Positions 20,256-32,400 of a stretch of DNA of 39,730 nucleotides are shown here, piece after piece. The notes beneath the pieces are model-generated. The model did no database searches and was not told the origin of the DNA. It saw only the letters and a list, made by a program, of their open reading frames with translations. This DNA is from Clostridia bacterium (lineage in GTDB: Bacteria > Bacillota > Clostridia > TANB77 > CAG-508). The stretch covers positions 1 to 39,730 of the forward strand of contig JAAVZQ010000065.1 of the NCBI GenBank assembly GCA_022791735.1. Reading direction: 5' to 3'. The position numbers and the translations under genes are program-made. Position 1 is the first letter of the stretch. Every line of letters starts with the position of its first letter.

Positions 20256-20284
20256 ATTATACTTTATTTTCCTAAAGAAATCAA
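20256..20284 (-). promoter_or_regulatory. Sigma-70-type promoter of the LRR gene
   Basis: Minus strand TTGATT, 17-nt spacer, TATAAT, about 95 nt upstream of ATG 20161. Confidence 0.5.
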
Positions 20285-20445
20285 CACAAAAATTATTGGA
20301 AAATTTACAACTAACTACACTTAAATTCCATGTATGGTGTTCATATATAAAAATATTGAAGTGACGACCAATAAGAAACAAGATATTTTTTACATATAGC
20401 TATCCGTGGCAAAACAAACGAGATATAAAGCTGTGAATTGCACCA

Positions 20446-20480
20446 TGCAAAAAGAGGACCTAGCTTGGTCCTCTTTTTAG
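20446..20480 (-). terminator. Rho-independent terminator of giant gene 2
   Basis: Perfect 10-bp stem AAAGAGGACC / GGTCCTCTTT with a 6-nt loop. T/A runs on both sides. It sits immediately after stop 20489. Confidence 0.85.
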
Positions 20481-20488
20481 CATAGTGG

Positions 20489-23400
20489 TCAAAATGCTCC
20501 GTCCTTTTTGACCACCTTTTGACCAACAAAGCTTGAAGTCTGTAAATTTTGCCATTTTACTGTTTCTGCAAGTTCTCCATAATTGCTAACCAAAATAGCC
20601 CTATCTTGTCCATCAACAACTCCATCTTCATTTAAGTCATATTTTGCATTTGCATCAGATACCCCATTTTCTGTTGCATTTATGATTGTTCCATGGCGAT
20701 TGTTCATTTGTACTAAGTCATCTATTTCGATTTCTCCAGTTCTTACTACATCTCCTGCATTTAAGTGATATTCTCCTATGTCTGATATACTTTCCTCTTC
20801 TATTTCTACGTCTTCTACTGTATAGTCTAAGTATCCTACTTTTGATATAACCACTGTGTATTTGCTATTTAGCAATTCTATATCATCTTTATCTGGATTA
20901 TAAACTGGTACTTTGAAAGTTCCATCATTATCTGTATATACTCCTGTCACATATTTTAGCTCTTTTACAATTTCTGTTATTGTTTCATGTGTTTCTTCAT
21001 CTAAAGTTGTGACTGGTTTTTCAATAATTCTATATACTCGTACTTCCGAAATGTGTTCCCCATTTACATTTTCGGTTGTTATCTTACCTGTAATATAGCT
21101 ATTCTTGTCTTCTCTTATTATTTTTATATTGTATTCTTGCTCATTTTCTGCTTCTGCTTTAGCTATTATTTTTATCACCTTTTCATTTTCTGTTAGTAAC
21201 ATATTAACAGTTTCTGTAAGTGATGCTTGGTAGTTATTTCCATCATATTCTAATATTGTATAATTACTTTCTGCAAGTACAAATAGTTCATAGCTTGTTT
21301 TTGTACCATCTACTATAAAAGTATATGTTTTTGTTTCTTGATCATAGTCATTTGCTTGTTTACCATCTAATGTAACATTTTCTAAATTTGTATTTGTTGA
21401 TATTTTATTTAAGTATAAATATAATACTTTTGTTATTCCCGACTCTGACTTTACAGTTATTGGTATAGCAGTTTGTTTTTCTGTGCTTAATGTTATATTT
21501 TCTTGTGCTTCATGTACCTTTTCTGTTCCTGATGCTATTTTAATTATTGCAAATTCATTTGTTGTTACCGCTTTGATTATTGGTGTTAGCATTGTGTCTA
21601 AGATATCTGCTTCATAGTTTCCATCTTCTCTTGGTGCTATTAATACTCCATTTACATATACCTCTTTTAAACTATTATCTTCTGATAGTTGTACTATTTC
21701 TAAATATCTTGTATCAAGCGTTCCATCTGCTGCTTTTATCTTTATTGTCACTATTTCTGTGCCTACTCCTAACAGATTCTTTATTGTGCTTGCTACTCCT
21801 TTTTGTGCTACTCCATTATCTAAGGTTATTTCTGCTGAGCTATCCTCTGTTTCTACTGTTACTGTTGCATCTACTAAAGTACTGTCTACCACTATTCTGT
21901 AAGTTTTTGTAGCTTCATTGTATTCTACTACTGGTCTTGTTATAATATTTTTGTCTGTATCATAGTCTGTTACTGTTAAATTCTTTATCTCTGTGTTACT
22001 ACTAATTCTCTCTAATGCTAAAGCATATTCTTTTTCATCTCCATTTTCTGAAGTTACAACTACTTTAAAGTTCTTTGTTTCTCCGTCTATAACTTCAAGT
22101 TCTCCTGTCAAAATTCCTAACTTATCTGTAATTAATATATTTCCCTCTAAGTCTTCTATTCTAACCTTTGCTTTTTCGTCTATTAGCTTAATTTCTACCG
22201 GATATTTCTCTTTTCCTGCAACTGTTCCTGTATATGTTAAACCATCCTCACTTACAATTGTTCCTAAATTGTCTACCTTTATATAAATTATTCCTGTTTC
22301 TTGTGATTTCTGTCTTATATTTAGTGGATATTCTGCATATCCATAGTCTTCTCCATTTTGTGAAACCACTTTTATTATATAATCATTTTCACTTCCATCA
22401 GCATTTAAGGTTTGTACTGTTGTTAATGTTCCTGTATTACTTGCAAGTAATTTTCCAGATTTATCATACAATTCTACTTTTTGTTTTTGATTTTCTGGTT
22501 CTAGTATTATTTGTGGCTTATTTCCATTTTGTACTACTGTTTCATATCTTTCATTTGTTTCATTATATGTTAAAATGTCATCATTTACTTGTACTTTTAA
22601 AAGTTCTAGGTTTGCCTCTTTATTTATGTACATAGTATAGTTTTTACTTGTTCCATCTTCTGCTTTTACATTTATCACTAGACTTAATCTATCGTCTGCT
22701 GAATAATTACTTAAGTCTATATTTCTTACTATTTCTGCAATTTCAAAGTTTTCTTCAGTATCTAATTTTAATTCCCCAAATTTAGATTTAGCAATAATTT
22801 TCAATTCTAAATTCATTAATTCTTCATTAATATATAAGTTAATCACATCTTCTTCTATTTCTACTTTAGTAATTCCTTCTCCTTGCACATCTACTATGTC
22901 TGCATTATTTGACTTTTTCTCTATAACAAGTATCTCATCAATATATGTACCATCTTCTCCAATTATTTTTATTGGAATTTCTGTTATCTCTTGTGGTAAA
23001 TTTACTTCTACCGGCATATCTCTATTTCCTAATATCTCAATTGTTGTTTTTGTTGACTCTGGATTTACTTGTACATATGCCTTTTCTACTCTGTCTATTT
23101 TGTAGTAGTATTTTCCATCAGCTGTAATCGTAGTTACTTCTTCTAGGCTTCCTATCTCTTTTCCAACATATATTCCCGATATATTATAATTTGCTTCTAA
23201 TATTTCTACTTCTAATATATATGTTCCTGTGCTTCCATCTTCTGCTGTAACTGCTATTGTATATTCATAAACATTTTTCCCTTCTACCACATTTTCTTTT
23301 ATACTTGCTATATAGCTACTATTTGCATTACTATTTATCTCTGTTTTTGCATAACTATCCTCTGCTATTGCTTCTACTTCTATTCCTGTACTTGCATTTG

Positions 23401-26400
23401 GTAAATCTGTTTTGTAGTTTCCATCTGCAGCTTTTGATATTTCTTTTCCATTTACTATAACTTTTTGTAAATTATTATTGTTAGATTTTTCTAGTACTGC
23501 AATTTCATATTCTTCTGTTTCTAATCCATTTTGTGATGTTACTTTTACTTTTATTATTGTTTCATTTCCTGTTTTTGTAACTGTTATATTGTCTTTTCCT
23601 ACTGTTTTTGGATTATCTCCAAGTTCCATGCTTGCTAAGATATCATTTAAAGTTACTTCTACTTTAAAACTGTCACTGCTATCTTTTATCTCATATCTGT
23701 TCTTTCCTTCGATATATTTTGCTTCATTTCCATTGATAATAACTTCTTTTATTGTTGTATCGTCTGGAAGTCCTTCTATGATTAACTTATGTGTCTTAGT
23801 ACTTCCATCTTCTGCTTTTACTTTGATTTTTACTTCTGTCTGTTTTGCTATAATATTTGCTTCTTTTTCTGTTTCATATAGGTCATAGCTATTGTTTTCA
23901 ATATTTACATATGCTAGTACTGGTGTCTTTTCTTGTGTATATGCTTTTACATTTACCTTTGTTTTTGCACTCTTTAAGTAATAGTGGTAGTTTCCATCTG
24001 CTTCAAGGGTTGCTGCTTCTCCATCTACTTCTACTTTTTCTAGATTTACATTATTACTCATCTTTATTATTTTTAGTGTATATTCTTTTTCTGTAGTACC
24101 ATCTTCTGATTGTATTTTTATACTTACAAGTGTTTCTTCATTTGCTATTGATATTTTTTGTGTATCTTTATTTTGTACATATATTCCAGTATTATTTATT
24201 TGTACTTTATCTTTAACAAATTCTGTTATTCCTGTTACATCTACTTCTGTTAAAATTCCTGGTACTTTTATTTCGTAATTCTCCTCATCTACTTTCTTTG
24301 CTTCATATATGTTATCTCCACCTTTAGCATAAATTTCTACTATATTTATCTCTGGTGGTATCCAGTCTACTTTTCTTATGATTAATGTGTATTCTGCAAT
24401 AGTTCCTGCTTCTGATTTAACACTAAATTTTACTTCTTTTATGTCTTCATCTAAGGTTATATCTTTCTCATCTTTTTCTTTTACATATGGAGTTCCATCT
24501 ATACTTAGCTTGCTTTCTGCCTCATTTAATTGTATTTTTATTTTTGATATATCAGTAAACTCTGTTACTTCTATCTCATAAGTCATCTTTGAGTTTCCAA
24601 CTAGTTTTGCTTCTACTTCTTCATATGTGTTATCTACTAATTTTGAACTTGCTGTAATTCTCTTTATGCTTATATCATCTGTCAAGGCTCTTTCTACTGC
24701 TCTTTTCAACACTACCTGCTTATTTGTTATTGTATCTGTTACTGTAATTTCTGCTATACCTTCTGCTACCGCTGATAGTCTGCCATTTCCGTCCACTGAT
24801 ACTACTCCTATGTTGTTACTTTCTACTGTAAATTCACTCTTATCTATTGCTTTGTCTTTAAATACATTAAATTGCATTAAGTCTATTTCTATATCTTCTG
24901 TTTCACCTATTCTCATTGATTTATTTTCTGGCTCTATCTTCATTACTCTATCGCCTACTATTGTATGGTCTGTGCTTCCATCTCTTGTACCGTTTCCAAT
25001 GCTTCCATAGGTATTATCTCCTGCTGCATATACTGAACCTGTATTTTGTATAATATATGTATTGTTCTTTCCAGCTCCAATTCCAAAAGTATTATCTCCA
25101 TATACTGTGACTTTATTTCCATTTATGTATGTATTTTCACTTACTGTTTGGTACATAATTGTATTTCCATTTGCATCTATGTCGATTACTCTTTCTGGAA
25201 TTACTATTTCTGCTAGGTTTCCTTCTTTGTATTCATATATTTTTCCGCTCTATTGTTAAAATAACAATACTATTGTTTGTAACAACTGCTTTTATTGCAT
25301 CTGTTATATTTGGTATTTCTCCATTTATAATGCTTCCTTGTCCATAAACCATGCCTTTTGCCATCACAAATACTCTATCTTGCTCACCTGCCGAGATATC
25401 TACTATTTCCCCTGATATTCCACTCTTTACTTGTGGAGTTAATGTTCCTTTTCCCCACTCATAGACTATTCCTAAGTCATCCATAGCTAAAGCAAAATTT
25501 TCACCTGCACATATTTTTTCTATATTTGTTAGCCCTGTTACTTGTCCTAGATTGTTTCTTCCCTTTGTGTCTCCGCTTCCGAAGCTGTCCATCTTTGTTA
25601 TTTCCAACTGTCCACACTGTGCCATCTTCTCTTAGTGCTATCATAAAATCTTTTCCTACTTTTATATCTTTATATGTTGATGACACATCTATTTTTGTTG
25701 GTATGTCTTGTGTTATATAGTTTCCAACTCCAAGCTGTCCTGCTCCATTATATCCAAAACTCCAAATACTTCCATCTGCTTTTAATACTGATGCAAAATT
25801 TTCTCCTCCATCTACTTTTGGAGCTATGCTAAAGCTTTCTTCTACAACTTTTACAAGTACACTATATGTTTTGCCTGTTGCATTCGATATTGCATTCACT
25901 CTTGTTATTCCAGTTCTTTGTCCTGTTACAACTCCTTTTTCATCTACTGTTGCAATTTCTGTTTTGAGCGAAGTATATTTTAAAGTATCTGCAAAATTTT
26001 TATTTTGATATATTAGGTTAAATTCATATTCACAATCTGATGATATATCTTTTGTTTTGCCTTTTTCAATAACTATTTCTGTGTCGCTTAGTCCTGTTTG
26101 GTCATTTCCCACTTGTACAGGAATACTTGATTTTGTTTTACTTTTTATATCTTCATCTCCATGTGAATAATCTCCACATCCCCACACTGTTCCGTCTTTT
26201 TTAACCATAACTGTGTATGTATTTCCACAGTCTATGTCAATAACTTCTTGTATTGTGGATAATTTTTCATAGTTTTCCACATTTGTCTTACTTCCATTAC
26301 CTAGTTCTCCACATGCATTTTGTCCACATACAAATACTTCTCCACTTTTGTTTATAACTGCTTGATAATTTTTTCCTCCTGATATATATCGTATATCACT

Positions 26401-29400
26401 CAAATTTGGTATTTTGCTTGGCTCTTGTACTGATATATCAGTACTTCCTATTCCTTGCTCTTTGTATATGTTTGAACCCCAAGTATATACTTCGCCTATA
26501 TCTTTAAGTGCTAAGCTTGTGCTATCTCCTGCTCCTATTGCTACAACATTTTGTAAGTTTTGCACTTTTGTAAATTCTTTTGTTCTTCTTATTCCACTAT
26601 CCTTTTGTCCTAGTTCTCCATATAAGTTTGAACCTGTTACATATACTTCTCCTGTACTTCTTAATGCTACTGCATGGTTCTTTCCTGCTTTTATATCTAT
26701 AACTCCTGAAATATTTTTTGCTCTTATAACTGATATTTTACCTGTGTAGCTTCCTATTCCACCTTCTCCATTTGCATTTAGACCAAAACTATATATTTCT
26801 CCTTGAGCCCCTATAGCATATGATGTATAACTTCCACAGGCTATTTTCCTTATTTCTTTTAGCTCTGCTATTTTTGTTGGTACTAAATAGCTATCTACTG
26901 TATTATTACCTAATTGATAATAGCTGTTTTTGCCCCAAGCCCATACATTTCCTTCACTATCTAATGCTAAACTATGTCCTTCTCCACAGGCAACATAAGT
27001 AATCGTAACCCCTTCAGGGAATACGGCTTTTACTGGCTTGTCACTTGCCTTTTTATCAGCTGTTCCTAGTTCTCCATTTTCATTTATTCCATAGCACCAT
27101 ACTGTTCCATCTGTTTTTAGCATTACTGTATGACTTCCAGCAGTTTCTACCATTGGCTCTATACTACTGTTTTCTAATATTCGTACTGGTATTACAGCAA
27201 TTTTGTCTGTATTTTTTTCTTTTGCTATAATTGTTGTTCTTCCCATATTTAGGGCTGATACTTCCCCTGTTTCCTCATTTAGTGCTATTAAGTCACTATC
27301 AATGACTTCATATTCTATTTCTCCTGTTTTGTCTTCAAATAGGTTGAAATATGTTATCCATGCATTTATATTTGCTTTATTTCCTTTTTGTATTGTTAAA
27401 GTATCTATGTTAGTCTGTACAATACTTTTACCTACTAATTGTGCTACTGAATAATTAAAGGTTTCTCCGGTTTCCTAATTGTCCGGTCTGTTCCTTTACC
27501 AAAAGTATATACATTTCCGTCTTTTCTGCATACTGATGTATGTTCTATTCCTGCATTTACTCTTTCTACATCTAGTATATCTTCTTTTAGTTTTGCAAAG
27601 TGGCTTTCGCTTATTCCTTCTGCTCCTTTATTAAATCCTAGGTTTTCATATTCATTTAAGCCCCATGTATAGACTTTTCCGCTCTTTTGTTACTGCAATA
27701 GAATAACTATTTCCAGCTGATATTTCTTTTACATTTTCTAAAATACTTCCGTCCTCTTTTCTCACAACTGTCGTTATTCCGCTTTCTCTCGCTTCTGTTT
27801 CTCCGGTCACCTAACTCTCCATAAGCATTTTTTCCATAGCTATACACTTTTCCACTTTCTCCTAGCATTAATACATGGTCAGTTCCTTCTGCCATTTGCA
27901 TTATTTTTTCTTCAATTATTTCTGGTGCTTCTGCTGGGTTATATTCATTTAGTGATAATTGTAAAGTGCTATTATCTTTTATGCTTCTTACAATTCCGTC
28001 TGGCATTAGATAATAGTTTATTCCTATTTCTACTGCTCCTTTTAGGTTTTTATTTAGTTCTGGTTTTTTTGTGTATCCTTGTCCCCACTGATATATATTT
28101 CCTTCTTTATCTATTCCAAATGAAGTGTTTTCTATTGCAATTACTTTTGTAATTCCTGTTAAACTGAGTTTTACTGGTATGTTATGTGTTATTACATTTC
28201 CTGTACCTAATTCTCCAAAAGTATTTGCTCCTAAAGCATATACTGTTCCTGATTTTCCTAGCATTAATATATGTGATATTCCTGATGATATATCTATTAT
28301 TTCTTCTTCTATTTCTATTTGCTCTGGAATATTTTGTCCATTTATTTTTCCAAATCCCCATACTGTTCCGTCTGCTTTTAGTGTTACTGTGTATCCATTT
28401 CCATTAACTACTTTTGCTGATGCTTTAGCTATTTCACTGTTTACAACATTTATCCATATATTTTTACTACTTGTATCTCCTGATTTTATTATTATAGGTG
28501 TTCTACCTATTTTTTCACCTGTTATTCTATAATTTGGATTAAATTTACTTGCATCTTTTATTCCACTATTGTCTACACCTTCTATCCTTTCGATAATTAC
28601 TTCCTTTTTGTTTGTGCTTAGTGTCTCTATGTCTGTATCTTTTACTATATCGCTTTTTAGATTAAATGTATATCCTAAATATATTAATATATCTTTTGAT
28701 GTTCTAGTTTGTATATACATATCTTCTGCCATTATCTCTATATTGCCTATTCTTGTAAATATATCTCTTGGTTCATTATCTCCTAGACCTAGTTCTCCGT
28801 TAGTGTTTAAACCGTACACTATATACAAAGCCATCTTTGTCTGCTATGCATGAGTTATTTTTTCCTACTTCAACTATTTCTATATCTGTAAGTTCTATTG
28901 GTTCTTCATTTTTATATTGTAGTTTTTCAATTTGGGTTGCAAATAGTATCTTATCACCTGTTATACCTAATTTTTGATTTGTATTATCTCCAAATGCATA
29001 TGCTTTTCCATTTTGTACTAAAGCCATAGATGCTTTACTTCCTGCTGATATTTCTACTACATTTTCTAAATATCCATTCATGTCTCTTACAATTACTGGT
29101 GAAGTTGATGTTTTTTGTTTTTTATTGCCTAATTCCCCTGATGTTCCCTCTCCTGCTGCCAATGCTTTTCCATTTAGCATTAGGAATAAACTGTGGTTTT
29201 CTCCTTTTGAAATATCACAGACATTGTTTAAATACTCTATTTCTGTATTTGTATCTTTTACATTATAAACTTTTCCATTTTCTCCAAGTAATATATCTCC
29301 TGATATATCTACCATTTTTGTATTTGTGTTTAATATAGTTGGTTCGCTGTAACCTTTACCCCAAATATATACATGCCCTTCGCTATCAATTGCATAGATA

Positions 29401-32400
29401 TTGTCCTTATTGCAATCTACTACTACTATATTTTCTAAATTATTTTCTAATTTAGCTTTTAGTCTTTCTTCTGTTCTATTTTTTTGTGTTTCATCTATGT
29501 AATTATATAATCCCCATGTGTATACTTTTCCGTCTTTTGTTAATGCGGCTGCAATATTGCTTCCTGCACTAATATCTACTATGTTTTCTATTCCTTGGTC
29601 ATTTTCGTCTATTACTTGTACTGGTTCTAGTTCATTTGTTTTTGTACCATTTCCTAATCTACCATTTGCTCCACATCCATAGCTCCATACTGTTCCATTT
29701 TCTCTTAATGTTACTACAAAATTTTCTCCTGCACTTATTTTTGCTTTTGCATTTTGTTCTATTATATCTATCATTATATATGTGCTATTTCCGTTAGTTT
29801 CATCTGTTATTTTCACTCTTGTTGTTCCTAAAGCTTTTGGTGTTATTTCTCCTTCAGTATTTACTTCTACTAAATTATCTCCTAGTGTTTCATAAACTAT
29901 ATTTCCAAGATTTATATCTTCTGTTTGTATGTCATTTAGTTTTATATATGATAATTTTAATTTATCTATTGTATATGTATCTTTTATATTAAGCGTAATT
30001 CTTTTTTCAGGATAGTTTAGAACTGAACCTAGCTCATTTATTGTAACTGTTCCATTTCCACCTTTTCCGCCTAGTGCTCCACCATTTGCTGTAATTTCTC
30101 CTTTTTCTACAACAATATTTGCAAATATATTTACAGAACCTCCACCTGATGAACCTCCTTTTGCTCTTCCTTTTCCACCATCTGAACCATTTGCCGTGAT
30201 TTCTCCGCCATTATATAGGTCATGTGTATAAATCATTAATAATCCACCAGTTCCGTTTGTTCCATTTCCATCTGTCCAAGCGGTTCCATTACCTGAGCTG
30301 AATGTGTATGCTCCTGTTCCTCCTATATTTCCAGCTCCTCCTCCTGCATATCTAGCCATCCAACTAGTTGAATATCTATTTGATGCGGCATTTCCTCCTT
30401 TTCCTCCGGTTTGGCTTTGCATTTTCTGCTATAATAGAGCCTCTACGGAAATTTCCGTCTACTCCACCGCCACCAGAACCACCAGAATATGAGGTTCCTT
30501 GGCTTCCTGAACCTGAGTAGCAAATAGGGTTTGAGTCACTCGCACTTGAATCTCCTGAACCTCCTCCACCAGTTGCTCTTAGTGTTCCATCTGCACCTTT
30601 GTTTCCTGCTTTATACTGATTTTTTATAGTTTTTATTCCTTGTCCTCCAACGCCGCCTAGTGCTGGAACATATTCGTAAGAATTATCTATATTTTCCCAA
30701 AGATATACATTTTCTCCTTCTTGATTATATGTACCATGCGCTGTCATGGTTATATTACCTTCATTATAGATATTTCCTAATGCACAAATATACATACCTT
30801 TTTTGTATGTTAAATTATTTACTCTTTTTGCTGTTAATGTAACTCCTTCATCTACTGTCAAATTTTTATGATATTTTACAACTAAAGTTTTATATTCTGT
30901 GCTATCATCTCCTAGTTCAATTATCTTTTCGCTTGTTTCAGTATCACTAGTATCTAAAGAATATCTCATATCATCATAGTAATTTATAAGTTCTACTATA
31001 TAAGGTTGGTTTTCTACTACTACACTGTATTCCCCATCTGGTAAATCCATATCTCTAAAGCCTTGCACTATACTCTTTATTTTTATAGTGACTATTATTT
31101 GTATTTCTTTTTCTACATTAGTATTATTATGTATTACTTTTACATATGCTGTTCCATAGTCTATTGCTGTAACTTCCATTTTGTTAAATGCAACTTTTGT
31201 ATTCTCCTCAGTTTCTAAATGAAAGTTTTCTTGATTATCATCTATTAAATCAAATTTTAAATTAAATGTGTTTTCTAGTCTTGCTGTTATTATATTTTTT
31301 TCATCTTTTTCAACATATTTTTTCTCAAAATTTGTTTTGATGATACTTCTACCATTTTTTACAAATTCTGTTTTATTTTCGTTTTCTCCTAGTCCTAGCT
31401 CTCCATTTATATTTGTACCTGTATGCCATATAAATCCTTCTTTATCTATTAAAGCACTATGTGTTCCAGCCCCAGCAGAAATATTTTCTATTTCTTTACC
31501 TACATTTATTTCTTCTACTTCATAAGTAGCTTTAGTTTCTTTTAGACCTATTTGCCCATTTGCATTGTTTCCCAAAACATATATTTTTTTATCTTCTGCT
31601 TGAAGTATTGTTGTTCCATTACCTGCTGAAATATTTACCGCTCTAAAATCTGCTGTTCCAACTCTTGTGCTTGCTGGCTCTCTATTTCCACATTCTCCAT
31701 TTTTATTACTTCCCCATAGGTATAGACTTCCGGTCTGACGATAATGCAACCGCGTGGTTTTCTCCACATGATATTTTAGAAATATCTTTAAAGTCTTTTA
31801 TACGCGTAGTCAAATTTGAGATATCAAATACCTCTCCTTTTTCAGTAAGTAATAATCTGCCTGAAATACTTGATACTTTTTCATTAAAAATAATTTTTAT
31901 TGCAATGTTTGAATATCCTTCTCCCCAAGCATATACTTTGCCATTATCATCTAGTGCTAAACTCATATTTTTATATGCTACAATTTGCTTTATATTGCTT
32001 AATTCATTAATTTTTATAGGAGTGCTTACATCTTTTTTATCACCATTTCCAAGTTGTCCTTTTTCTCCTGCTCCCCATGCATATACTTCTCCGTGTTTTA
32101 GTAAGTGCTAATGAATGAGAATATCCTACTGAAATAGCTTTTATATTTTGCAATTCTTCTATTTGTGTTGGCTCATTTTTACTTTCATTGTCACTTGTTC
32201 CGAAGTTGTCCTTTATTATTTAACCCATAGCCCCAGACAGTTCCATTATCCTTTAATCCAATTGTAAAGTCTTTTCCTTCTTTTACATCTACTTTAGAAT
32301 TATTATATACATTGATATAAATATATGTGCTTATGTTATTTGCTGTATCAGTTATTTTAATTTTTGTACTTCCTACATTTACACCTATTATATTTCCTGC

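Noticed and set aside
20064-20529. Small minus-strand ORFs 20064..20381 and 20341..20529
   Set aside because: They overlap the LRR gene start and promoter region, and the gene 2 stop and terminator. They have no RBS and are out of frame with the real genes.
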